From an uncultured Verrucomicrobiota bacterium (GTDB taxonomy: Bacteria; Verrucomicrobiota; Verrucomicrobiia; Limisphaerales; UBA1412), in NCBI GenBank assembly GCA_944389455.1, contig CALXMK010000001.1, forward strand, positions 132,249 through 196,248: 64,000 nt of DNA. Reading direction: 5' to 3'. Below are positions 48,057 to 57,492 of the stretch, piece by piece; within the stretch, counting starts at the first letter, position 1, and every line of letters starts with the position of its first letter. Under the pieces are notes generated by a model, which was given only the letters and a program-made list of their open reading frames with translations, made no database searches and was not told the origin of the DNA. The position numbers were made by a program, and so were the translations under genes.

Positions 48057-49799
48057 ATGAATTATTGTTCTTCACTTTATTCTTTCAGGCGACGTAAAAC
48101 TCGTGAAGTTATTGTTGGAACGGGTAAAAACAGGTTGATCATAGGAGGAGAAAATCCGATTGTTATCCAGTCCATGCTGACAGCAAAGACTTCTGATACA
48201 GAAAATTGTGTAAAACAAATACAAGAACTAGCAGATGCAGGATGTCAGTTAGTCCGTCTGACGGCACCAACAATTAAAGATGCGGAGAACTTAAGAATTA
48301 TTTCTGAAACGGTCCGGGCTAATGGGTATCATGTTCCATTGGTTGCTGATATTCATTTTACTCCAGAAGCGGCAATGGAAGCTGCTTTGTGGGTAGAGAA
48401 AATCAGAATTAATCCTGGTAATTATGCTGATTCAAAACAGTCTCAAACGTCTTATTCTGAAAAGGAATATCAATCAGCGCTAGATAAAATTGAAGAGAAA
48501 TTCCTTCCATTGATAGAAAGGTGTAAGAAGTTAAATAGAGCACTGAGGATTGGTTCAAATCACGGTTCATTGAGTAACCGGATTATGAACCGCTATGGTG
48601 ATACTCCGTTAGGGATGGTGGAAAGTGCATTGGAGTATGCTCGTATTGCGCACAAGCATGATTTTCATAATTTTGTCTTTTCTATGAAGGCAAGCAGTCC
48701 CAAGATTACGATTGAAGCTTATCGTTTGCTTGCGGCCAAGTTGCTTGAAGAGGGGGATGATTGGAATTATCCTTTTCATTTAGGAGTGACGGAAGCAGGT
48801 CTTGGTACAGATGGCCGAATTAAAAGCGCTGTAGGTATAGGTGCACTTTTAGCGGATGGTATAGGCGATACAATAAGGGTTTCTTTGTCAGAAGATAGTA
48901 TTCATGAATTGCCTGTTTGTAGAGATCTGCTTCAAATTGTCTCAATGGTGACTGAAGGAAGAGAGCTTGAACACCTCAACCCGGATTGGGATCCTTATTC
49001 TTACTCTCGCAGAGAGAGTACAGAGATAACTATTGAAAATTCTAAATTGGGAGGTTTGCAGCCAGTAAGAGTTTTTATGACAGAAAAACAGTTTGCTGGA
49101 GCAGATAAAGTAGAATTGGCAAAAAACAATATAACTTGTGAAGTAGTCTATCATCCGAGAGAAATCATTCAAGTAAAGATAGGAGAGAAATTGCCAGAAA
49201 TACCTCCTTCTGCACTGGTAACAATAGAGGATAATACAGATGTTCCAGTAATATCAGCCTTTCGATGGTTAGCCTCGGCGTTAAGAATAGTTGGACAGAG
49301 AAATCCTATTCTTTTAAAAGATACTTTTAATCCTCAAAAAGATTTTAGTGAGAGTCCACAGTTAGCTTCTTCAGTTTTATTAGGCTCACTACTTTGTGAC
49401 GGAATTGGAGATGCAGTATTAGTTCGACGAGAGGAAAATCCCACTGTGGCCACTCTTTTAGCGTGGAATATTTTACAAGCCAGTGGAACACGTTCTTTCA
49501 GAACAGAATATATTTCGTGTCCTTCTTGTGGAAGAACACTTTTTGATATACAGAAAGTTATTGCAAAAATCAAAAGCCGAACTCAACATTTGCAAAATAT
49601 CAAAATAGGTATTATGGGATGTATTGTAAATGGTCCTGGAGAGATGGCTGATGCTGATTTTGGTTATGTAGGTGGAGCTCCAGGCAAAGTTAATCTTTAT
49701 GTAGGGAAAAAACCTGTAAAAAGGGGTATTCCAGAAGATGAAGCTGTAGATGCCCTAGTTGATTTGATAAAAGAAAACGGTTTATGGATTGATCCCTAG
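48057..49799 (+). CDS. ispG: 4-hydroxy-3-methylbut-2-enyl diphosphate synthase IspG, long (three-domain) form
   Basis: TIM-barrel part (..IVIQSMLT.., ..RINPGN..) and C-terminal 4Fe-4S part (CPSCGRT ... GCIVNGPGE) separated by an insert of about 200 aa; 580 aa in total. Confidence 0.93.
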   Translation: MNYCSSLYSFRRRKTREVIVGTGKNRLIIGGENPIVIQSMLTAKTSDTENCVKQIQELADAGCQLVRLTAPTIKDAENLRIISETVRANGYHVPLVADIHFTPEAAMEAALWVEKIRINPGNYADSKQSQTSYSEKEYQSALDKIEEKFLPLIERCKKLNRALRIGSNHGSLSNRIMNRYGDTPLGMVESALEYARIAHKHDFHNFVFSMKASSPKITIEAYRLLAAKLLEEGDDWNYPFHLGVTEAGLGTDGRIKSAVGIGALLADGIGDTIRVSLSEDSIHELPVCRDLLQIVSMVTEGRELEHLNPDWDPYSYSRRESTEITIENSKLGGLQPVRVFMTEKQFAGADKVELAKNNITCEVVYHPREIIQVKIGEKLPEIPPSALVTIEDNTDVPVISAFRWLASALRIVGQRNPILLKDTFNPQKDFSESPQLASSVLLGSLLCDGIGDAVLVRREENPTVATLLAWNILQASGTRSFRTEYISCPSCGRTLFDIQKVIAKIKSRTQHLQNIKIGIMGCIVNGPGEMADADFGYVGGAPGKVNLYVGKKPVKRGIPEDEAVDALVDLIKENGLWIDP

Positions 49800-49804
49800 G
49801 TTAT

Positions 49805-50782
49805 ATGAATACGATTCCTTTTGTGGGCCAAATTAAGTATACATTTATATTAATTATATTTCTATTTGCATGTTTGTTGTTTACAGGTTGTTCCATTAAA
49901 AAAATGGCTGTAAATAAGATTGGAGATGCACTTGCACAAAGCACTAGTGGGACTTTTACAGCAGATGATGATCCTAAACTAATTGCTGATGCTCTTCCTT
50001 TCAGTTTAAAACTGATGGAATCGATTTCCTCCGAGACTCCAAAGCATATTCCTTTACTTATTTCTTTGAGCAGAGGTTTTACAAGCTATTCTTATGCTTA
50101 TATACAGTTAGAAGCCGATTATATTGAAGAAACAGATTGGCAAGAGGCTTTACATATGAGAGAGCGTGCTAGGAAATTGTATCTGAGGGCACGTAATTAT
50201 GGCTTACAAGGTTTAGAAGTTTTACAAGACGGCTTTACAAATGAATTTTTTAATGACCCTCAAAAAGCACTATTATCTCTCAAACAAACAGATGAAGAAG
50301 CCAGACTATTGGTTCAGTGGACATTGTCTCCTTGGGCTGCTGCTATTTCAATTTCAAAAGATATGCCAGAACTGATTGCAGATCTTCCTTATATAGAAGC
50401 AATGATTGAGTGGATGAAGCACTGGGAGGAATATGAGAAGTTTCAGCCATTGGCTTCGATCATGATGCCTTTTGAAAGTGTTCGTACAGAGCTTGCTCCT
50501 GATGAGGGGACATTAGAAGAGAGAATTCGTAGAGATTTTGAGTCTGCATTAAGAGTTTCTAATGGATCTGTTATCTCTCCATATGTTTCTTTAGCAGAGT
50601 TGGTTTCAATTCAGAATCAAGATCTTGATGAGTTTAATATGCTATTAAAAAAGGCATTGAGCATAGAGGTTGATCGATATCCTGAGAATCGATTGGAGAA
50701 TCTTCTGATGCAAAAAAGGGCTCGATGGTTATTAAGTCGTCAAGAGGAGCTTTTTTTGCCGGACCTGCCTCCTGAAGAATGA
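49805..50782 (+). CDS. TRAP-transporter-associated TatT-like helical (TPR-like) lipoprotein
   Basis: Lipobox LFTGCS. All-helical 325-aa protein whose stop overlaps the start of a DctP-type binding protein. The gene order T-P-QM matches the Treponema pallidum TatT system. Confidence 0.6.
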   Translation: MNTIPFVGQIKYTFILIIFLFACLLFTGCSIKKMAVNKIGDALAQSTSGTFTADDDPKLIADALPFSLKLMESISSETPKHIPLLISLSRGFTSYSYAYIQLEADYIEETDWQEALHMRERARKLYLRARNYGLQGLEVLQDGFTNEFFNDPQKALLSLKQTDEEARLLVQWTLSPWAAAISISKDMPELIADLPYIEAMIEWMKHWEEYEKFQPLASIMMPFESVRTELAPDEGTLEERIRRDFESALRVSNGSVISPYVSLAELVSIQNQDLDEFNMLLKKALSIEVDRYPENRLENLLMQKRARWLLSRQEELFLPDLPPEE

Positions 50783-51840
50783 ATAATAAATATTTTTTAA
50801 TTAGAAAAGTTATGATAAAAAATTATTTTACTCTTATAGTAGCAATTACTTTCTCTGTTCTGATCACTGCAATAGATGTTTCAGCACAGACACAGGTAAA
50901 GATTCGCTTAGCAACGCTTGCTCCACGCAATACAACTTTTCATAAAGAGATTGCGAATATGGGAGAAAAATGGAAAAAGATTTCTAATAATAAGGTATCT
51001 TTTACTTTTTATACAGATGGTCAAATGGGAAGTGAATCCGATATGGTTCGTCGGATGAGGGCCAATCAGATTCAGGCAGCTATGTTAACGGTAGGAGGGT
51101 TGCAGAGTATTGTTGAAGATGTAGGGGCTTTGCAGAATATGCCATTAGTATTTCGTGATTTTGAAGAGTTGGATTATATTTCTTCCAAGATTGAGCCAGA
51201 GTTAGAAAAAAAGTTTGAAGAAAAAGGATATGTAGTGCTTTTTTGGGCTGACGCAGGATGGGTTAGATTCTTTTCTAAAAAACCCATTTTATCTCCCAGT
51301 GATACTAAAGATTTAAAGCTATTTGTAACAGCAGGAGATACAGCCACTTTGGATATTGTCAAGTCTTTTGGCATTAAGGGGATTCCACTTTCATTGACTG
51401 ATATTTTAACAGGTCTTCAAACGGGCTTAATCGATGCGGTGCCTACAATTCCTCTTTATGCTTTGACGGGACAATTTGATGGCACGGCCAAGCATATGAC
51501 TGATTTGAATTATGCACCATTGGTAGGTGCTACTATTATTAAAAAATCAGTTTGGGATAAATTTACCCCGGAGCAGCAAATTGAGTTCAAAAAAGCTGCA
51601 ATAGAAGCAGGAAATATAATTCGAGAGAAGTCGCGAGAAGAGGCTGATAAAGCAGTAACAGCAATGGTGAAGAGAGGACTGCAAGTTCATAAGTTGACTT
51701 CTGAACAATATAAGAAGTGGGAGTCTTTTATGAGTGAAAATGTTTATCCCGTTATACGGGGAAAAATCGTGCCAGCTTCTAAGTTTGACCAAGTAATTGA
51801 ACTTCTAGAAGAATATCGAGAGGAGAATTCTGCAGAGTAA
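50779..51840 (+). CDS. TRAP transporter substrate-binding protein (DctP family)
   Basis: Signal peptide, ..IRLATLAP.. and ..MVRRMRANQIQAAMLT.. blocks typical of DctP-type SBPs. Confidence 0.8.
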   Translation: MNNKYFLIRKVMIKNYFTLIVAITFSVLITAIDVSAQTQVKIRLATLAPRNTTFHKEIANMGEKWKKISNNKVSFTFYTDGQMGSESDMVRRMRANQIQAAMLTVGGLQSIVEDVGALQNMPLVFRDFEELDYISSKIEPELEKKFEEKGYVVLFWADAGWVRFFSKKPILSPSDTKDLKLFVTAGDTATLDIVKSFGIKGIPLSLTDILTGLQTGLIDAVPTIPLYALTGQFDGTAKHMTDLNYAPLVGATIIKKSVWDKFTPEQQIEFKKAAIEAGNIIREKSREEADKAVTAMVKRGLQVHKLTSEQYKKWESFMSENVYPVIRGKIVPASKFDQVIELLEEYREENSAE

Positions 51841-51886
51841 TAGAATAGGGATACAAACTTTGGGCAGATAGAAGGATAGAACTGCT

Positions 51887-53728
51887 TTGGATAAAATTTC
51901 TATATTTCTCAAGAGAGGAGAGAATTCTCTTTTGATAGCAGCCATGATGTCAATCATGGTTCTTCCTATTTTAGAATCACTTTGTCGTGTTTTTGGAATA
52001 GGAATATCTGGATCACAACCTCTTATTCAGCATATTACATTAATTATTGCGATGTTAGGAGGTGCAGTGGCAGCTAGGGAATCCAGGTTGCTGTCTATTT
52101 CATCATTTACCGTTTTTTTAAAAGAGGACCTCAGAAAGTGGACGGTTCTAATCTCCGGAGTTTTTTCTATTTTTATTACAATCGTTCTTACTGTTGCGAC
52201 TTATCAATTTGTTCAAAATGAGCGATTGGCCGGAGAAATATTATGTTATCAAGTTCCCAAATGGGTTGTTCAGCTGATAATGCCATTAGGGTTTGCATTG
52301 ATCGGTATTCGACTTTGGTGGAATAGCGGACAAAATTGGAAAATGCGCTTAATTAGCCTTTTGGCGAGTGCTGTGTTGTTATATATTTTCTATCATCCGT
52401 TTTGTACACCAGAAAAATTATTTTGGCCATTTCTAATAGTTCTTTTGATTGCAACTGTATTGGGGACACCACTGTACGTTACATTAGGTGGTGCTGCCAT
52501 TATGCTTTTTTGGAGTGAGGGTTCTCCTGTGGATGGTTTACCCATTGATCAGTACGGTTTAGTAACAAATCCTACATTACCAACTTTGCCCTTATTTACA
52601 ATGGCAGGATACTTTTTGGCTGAAGGAGGAGCATCTAAACGTCTTATTCGTGTTTTTACAGCTTTAGTAGGAGGAATAAAAGGGGGAACTGTTATTATGA
52701 CTTTTTTGGTCTGCGCCTTTTTCACTACTTTTACAGGGGCTTCAGGTGTGACAATTTTAGCTTTAGGAGGATTACTTTTACCGGTTCTTTTAAATGCGGG
52801 TTATAGCAATAGGAATTCATTAGGGATTATTACTAGTGCAGGGGCTCTTGGATTGTTATTTCCTCCAAGTCTTCCTTTAATCCTTTATGCAATTATAGCT
52901 AAAGATGTCTCGATTCAACAAATGTTTTTAGGTGGCTTATTGCCGGGTATACTTTTTCTTCTTATTTTGGGAGGAGTAGGAGTATTTCAAGGAAGAAAAA
53001 TTAAAATTCTTTCAAATAAGTTTTCTTTAAAAGAAGCTGTTGCTGCTTTATGGGATGCTAAATGGGATTTAGCTGTACCATTGGTTGCAATCATGGCGTT
53101 ATTTAGTGGAAAATTTACTCCTGTAGAGGCTGCTTCTTTGACCGCACTTTTTGCCTTTTTTGTAGAAGCTATTTTATATCGGGATTTAAAGTTCACCGAG
53201 AAGTCAGCTAAAGCGATTTCGTCAGAAAATAAAAGTGCTTTTCAAACAATGGCAGAATGTGGGATTTTAATTGGAGGAATTCTTCTGATTTTGGGGCTTG
53301 CTCTTGGTTTTACAAATTACTTAGTCTTTGCAGAGATTCCAACATTGGCAATTGAGTGGGTTACACAACATATACATTCTGCATGGGTGTTTTTACTTTG
53401 CCTCAATTTATGTTTGCTTTTTGTAGGTTGCTTAATGGATGTTTATTCTGCAATTGTAGTTGTAGTTCCTTTGATTACACCATTAGGCGCTGCTTTTGGT
53501 ATAGATCCTATACATTTGGGAATTATCTTCCTGGCCAATTTAGAACTTGGTTTTTTAACACCTCCTGTAGGAATGAATTTATTTCTTTCCTCTTACAGAT
53601 TTGGAAAGCCAATGAGTGAAATTATTAAATCTGTTATTCCCATGTTGTTAGCAGCAGGCGTGACGGTTTTATTGATTACCTACATTCCATGGCTTACAAC
53701 TTGGTTGCCACAATTTTTTAAAAGCTAA
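51887..53728 (+). CDS. TRAP transporter fused small/large permease (DctQ-DctM)
   Basis: 613 aa, about 16 TM helices. DctQ-like N-terminal quarter and DctM-like remainder (..TLPLFTMAGYFLAEGGA.., ..LELGFLTPPVGMNLF..). The track start is TTG; the ATG at 51944 is an alternative. Confidence 0.85.
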   Translation: MDKISIFLKRGENSLLIAAMMSIMVLPILESLCRVFGIGISGSQPLIQHITLIIAMLGGAVAARESRLLSISSFTVFLKEDLRKWTVLISGVFSIFITIVLTVATYQFVQNERLAGEILCYQVPKWVVQLIMPLGFALIGIRLWWNSGQNWKMRLISLLASAVLLYIFYHPFCTPEKLFWPFLIVLLIATVLGTPLYVTLGGAAIMLFWSEGSPVDGLPIDQYGLVTNPTLPTLPLFTMAGYFLAEGGASKRLIRVFTALVGGIKGGTVIMTFLVCAFFTTFTGASGVTILALGGLLLPVLLNAGYSNRNSLGIITSAGALGLLFPPSLPLILYAIIAKDVSIQQMFLGGLLPGILFLLILGGVGVFQGRKIKILSNKFSLKEAVAALWDAKWDLAVPLVAIMALFSGKFTPVEAASLTALFAFFVEAILYRDLKFTEKSAKAISSENKSAFQTMAECGILIGGILLILGLALGFTNYLVFAEIPTLAIEWVTQHIHSAWVFLLCLNLCLLFVGCLMDVYSAIVVVVPLITPLGAAFGIDPIHLGIIFLANLELGFLTPPVGMNLFLSSYRFGKPMSEIIKSVIPMLLAAGVTVLLITYIPWLTTWLPQFFKS

Positions 53729-53738
53729 TTTCTGACAA

Positions 53739-54131
53739 ATGAATTTAATTAGTAAATTTTTACATACTCGCCTTAAAGTTAAAGAGATGGAACGTTCTCT
53801 TCGATTCTATATTCAGGTGCTGGGATTAAAAAAAGTTAGAAGTACAGTTTCCCCTCGAGGGGCAAAATTAGTTTACTTGAAAGTTCCAGAAGGAGAAGAA
53901 GAGTTAGAATTGACCTGTTTTATGAATGAAACAGGATTTAATGTTCCTGAAGATCTTATGCATATTGCTTTTCAAGTAGAGAATATGAAAGCTTTTGAAA
54001 GGCATATTTCCGATTTTGGCATTCAATTCTCTGATGGTCCGCATGTTTTATCTTCGGGCAGTATTATTGCATTTGTTAACGATCCTGATGGGTATGAAAT
54101 AGAATTAGTCCAGTTACCTCTCAAGGCCTAA
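53739..54131 (+). CDS. VOC-family protein (glyoxalase I-like)
   Basis: 130 aa with H..LKVKEMERSLRFY..LGL.. and ..DPDGYEIELVQ blocks of the glyoxalase/bleomycin-resistance fold. Confidence 0.75.
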   Translation: MNLISKFLHTRLKVKEMERSLRFYIQVLGLKKVRSTVSPRGAKLVYLKVPEGEEELELTCFMNETGFNVPEDLMHIAFQVENMKAFERHISDFGIQFSDGPHVLSSGSIIAFVNDPDGYEIELVQLPLKA

Positions 54132-54170
54132 TATTTTAAGTTTGTCTGGACTTTAATTTTTAATATAGCG

Positions 54171-54893
54171 ATGAGTAGAGCAACTCTTATTCCAGTGTTG
54201 GTGACAGTAGTGTTGCCGATCCTGTGGCTCTTGGCGGAATTTAAAGCTCAGAAAACATTCCGTGTAGCTCTGGGACTATTATCTTTTCTCTTTGCTATTG
54301 TCATGATTTTTTTTGTTTCTTGGATGACAAAAATTGCAGTTATACAGAATGTTTCTGAAAATATTTATCAATTTGTAGATGCTACGATCAATAAATTAGA
54401 AGATGGAGAAATAGAAAAAACTCTCGCTCTTTTTAGAGATCTAAATAAAAATTATAAACCTGTTTCTCAAGAACAATTGGCTTATTTAAAAGATATTTCA
54501 CACAAAACAATGTTGCTTGTTTCTCGTGAGCCTTTGGATATAAATTTGTTGGAAAATACCCCTTTTGAGAAGAGAACTTGGTCTGGTTTTTGGAGTGGGA
54601 ATGAAACGAATTGGTTTTATATTCTTCCCAATTTCTCTGATTATGATATTTATCGCGATGGATTACCTCCTTTAAAAATGACATCCGTTAAAGTTTCTGG
54701 AGATTTTAAGATTCTTCAATTTTGCGAATCTGATAAATATCGTCATACTCTTATATTAAAAAATAAGTATGAGGCAGAGTATGAACTTTATCATTTAATT
54801 AAAAAGGAAATAATTTCTCACGCCACATATCAAAAGCTTGTTCCTCCCAATTCAATCCAAACTCAATATACTGATTCTAAACACAATGAATAA
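54171..54893 (+). CDS. hypothetical membrane-anchored protein (two N-terminal TM helices plus ~170-aa soluble domain)
   Basis: No recognisable motif. The stop overlaps the radical SAM start by 8 nt (ATGAATAA). Confidence 0.6.
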   Translation: MSRATLIPVLVTVVLPILWLLAEFKAQKTFRVALGLLSFLFAIVMIFFVSWMTKIAVIQNVSENIYQFVDATINKLEDGEIEKTLALFRDLNKNYKPVSQEQLAYLKDISHKTMLLVSREPLDINLLENTPFEKRTWSGFWSGNETNWFYILPNFSDYDIYRDGLPPLKMTSVKVSGDFKILQFCESDKYRHTLILKNKYEAEYELYHLIKKEIISHATYQKLVPPNSIQTQYTDSKHNE

Positions 54894-56058
54894 TCCTGAA
54901 TCACAATTTGAAGTTCCAGTTCCTCCTAGAAAGCGCAAGCAGGGATTTTGGCATTTAGTTAAAGAGTGTTTACAGAATGGAGGTCCTGGTTATTTACAGT
55001 TTGCCATTACAAATATTTGCAATGCTCACTGCGATTTTTGTGGTTTTTCTGTGGATCGATTTGATAGGAAGCAATACAAAAGTGTTTCTTTGAAGGAAGC
55101 CTATGATGTAATTGATATATCCGTAAAAAATGGGATAGGTTTTATTCTTTTTGTAGGAGGAGAACCGCTGGTTCATAAGGATTTGCCATATATGGTTCGG
55201 TATGCGGCAGAATCTGGCCTGCAGCCTATGATTTGTACCAATGGTTCTCTTTGGACAGAGGATAATATACATCTTTATGCGAAACTTGGTCTGACAAGTG
55301 TTATTATGTCAATTGATGCTACTGCGATTGATATACATGAAAAAAACAGGGGGTTGAAAGGTGTTTGTCAAAAAATAAAAATGGCAAATAAAATCTTTCG
55401 TTCTTTAGGAATAGAAAGTGTTGCTAGTGTGACGGCCAGCAAATTAATTTCAGATTACTCGGTTTTACCAGATTTTTTGATTTCGCTTGGCTTTGATCGT
55501 TGTACTTTTAGCTACCCATTATCAACTAGAGATCCTCTAGAAAGTTCTTATCTTAGTTTCAGTGATTCAGGGCTAGTAGATTATACAACAGATGAACTAA
55601 TAGAAGTTTTTGAGAAGTTGGAACAACTTAAGGAAAATTCTAAGGTTATTATTATCAACCCTTTAGCATCATTTAAAGAGATGATACATCATCTGAAGAA
55701 GGAAAGAGAGATTTTCCCTTGTCTAGGTGGATATAAATATTTCTATTTAGATTGGAATTTAAATATTTATCGCTGCCATTTTTGGCATAAGCCGATTTGT
55801 AATATTTACGATTTTGATTCATCTAAATTGATTCGAGATCATTGTACTCGCTGTATGATTGATTGTTATAGAGATCCATCTATTCTTCAATTTATCGCAA
55901 CTAATCTAAGTGATATCTATAAGGATCTGAACTCATTTTATCTAGGAAGAGCTTTTAATAAAATATTTGATTCTCGTAATGTTATATCAATAGCATCTGT
56001 TATGGAAAGTCAATCTTGGATTCGAGAGTGGATAAAATACACTGGTAAGAAAAAATAA
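54886..56058 (+). CDS. radical SAM protein with Cys-rich SPASM/twitch-like C-terminal region
   Basis: CX3CX2C cluster motif CNAHCDFC, GGEPL, and C-terminal cysteines FPC..(17)..YRC..PIC..(14)..CTRCMIDC. ATG at 54886 (MNNPESQ) preferred over the track start at 54838. Confidence 0.8.
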   Translation: MNNPESQFEVPVPPRKRKQGFWHLVKECLQNGGPGYLQFAITNICNAHCDFCGFSVDRFDRKQYKSVSLKEAYDVIDISVKNGIGFILFVGGEPLVHKDLPYMVRYAAESGLQPMICTNGSLWTEDNIHLYAKLGLTSVIMSIDATAIDIHEKNRGLKGVCQKIKMANKIFRSLGIESVASVTASKLISDYSVLPDFLISLGFDRCTFSYPLSTRDPLESSYLSFSDSGLVDYTTDELIEVFEKLEQLKENSKVIIINPLASFKEMIHHLKKEREIFPCLGGYKYFYLDWNLNIYRCHFWHKPICNIYDFDSSKLIRDHCTRCMIDCYRDPSILQFIATNLSDIYKDLNSFYLGRAFNKIFDSRNVISIASVMESQSWIREWIKYTGKKK

Positions 56059-56220
56059 TTACTTTTAATTACATAAAGACGAATGAGGATTTAAAGAATT
56101 CTTAAATGGAATAGTTCCTATAATTGCTGCCTAATTTTTGCTGCTTTATATTTACAAGATATTGAGATTTAGAAATTAAAGGGCTTTTCTCTGATATAAC
56201 TTGTGTTGTTGATAATAAAA

Positions 56221-56249
56221 TTGAATTATTTTTTGTAAAATGATATAAA
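56221..56249 (+). promoter_or_regulatory. sigma70-like promoter placed for a near-leaderless transcript of the HGSNAT-like gene
   Basis: TTGAAT (56221-56226), 17-nt spacer, TATAAA (56244-56249). The ATG at 56257 begins 8 nt after the -10 element and no SD is present. Confidence 0.35.
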
Positions 56250-56256
56250 TTTTCAT

Positions 56257-57477
56257 ATGGCAGAAAGTACAGCATATAAGGGGAAAAGTTCAAAGAATAT
56301 AGCAAAGGATGCTATTAAAATCCCTAGATTAGAGTCTTTGGATGTTTTTCGCGGATTGCTGATTTTTCTGACTATTTTTATAGGCGATTTATCAGGACCA
56401 AAAGATATTTCTCAATTTTTTTGTATTGAGATAAATGGGAGCCGATTTAATTTAGGTGATCTTATTTTTTCTTGCTTTCTACTTGTAATGGGAATGGCTG
56501 TACCTTATGCGTTAGAAAAGCGACGCCAAAAGGGAGATTCTTTGTTATCAGTGCTTTTTCATGTGGTTTTACGCACATTTGCTCTTCTAGTCATGGGAAT
56601 GTTAATTTTTAAATATCATTTTTTTAATGGAGGATATTTATCTCAAGAATGGTTTGGAATAATTATGGTCATCAGCCTTTTTCTCATTTGGAATGAGTCT
56701 TCCAATATAAAAGGATGTTTTTTTTGGAGTATAAAGATTCTAGGAGCTCTTTTACTATCTGTCTTGCTTTGGCAGTATAAGTGGCCAGAGAGTTCAAATC
56801 TTTTAAATGAGTGTGGAATGTTGGGAATATTGGGATGGAGTTATCTAATTTGCTCGGTTATCTTTTTATTTGTTCGTTTCAATTTGGTTTTGTCTTTACT
56901 TGTTGTTGCGTTAGCTTTGTTGTTTTATATGTCTCCAGTTAATCAGATTCCCTATTGGGAGTATATTGGTCAATTCAGTAACCTAAAGCCCATAGAGGGA
57001 ATCTATATTGTCTTTGCGCTCATAGGAGCCACAACAGGGGTTCTGTTTTTTTGCTTTGATGAAAAATCTTGTTTTTTTAAAAGCTTATTCCCGATATTAT
57101 GTGGATTGATTCTAGTGTCATTAGCAGGAGCTTATTGGGGAACAAATCATTGGAGTAGTTTGCGTCAACAAATTACTCCTTCTTGGCTGTTTTTATGCAA
57201 TGTTGTTTTTTTTGTTTCTCTTACAATATTTTATTGGTTGATAGAAGTAGCTGGTTATAAAAAGGTTTTTTCATTTTTAGCCTATGCGGGAACAGCATCT
57301 CTTACGTGTTATTTGATTTTTTATCTATGTCACTGTATACAGACATTAATAGGTCTATTTTATCCTAAAGTATTATATTCTGGTTATTTCTCTTTGGGGA
57401 GAGCTTTTCTGTTTTCTATGATTGTTCTTTTAATAGCATGCAGTCTATCGAAATTAAAAGTTAAAATTAAAATATAA
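56257..57477 (+). CDS. DUF1624/DUF5009 (heparan-alpha-glucosaminide N-acetyltransferase-like) polytopic membrane protein
   Basis: Family-typical N-terminus RLESLDVFRGLLIFLTIF followed by about 10 further TM helices; 406 aa. Confidence 0.6.
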   Translation: MAESTAYKGKSSKNIAKDAIKIPRLESLDVFRGLLIFLTIFIGDLSGPKDISQFFCIEINGSRFNLGDLIFSCFLLVMGMAVPYALEKRRQKGDSLLSVLFHVVLRTFALLVMGMLIFKYHFFNGGYLSQEWFGIIMVISLFLIWNESSNIKGCFFWSIKILGALLLSVLLWQYKWPESSNLLNECGMLGILGWSYLICSVIFLFVRFNLVLSLLVVALALLFYMSPVNQIPYWEYIGQFSNLKPIEGIYIVFALIGATTGVLFFCFDEKSCFFKSLFPILCGLILVSLAGAYWGTNHWSSLRQQITPSWLFLCNVVFFVSLTIFYWLIEVAGYKKVFSFLAYAGTASLTCYLIFYLCHCIQTLIGLFYPKVLYSGYFSLGRAFLFSMIVLLIACSLSKLKVKIKI

Positions 57478-57492
57478 GTTAAGGAGATTTGT

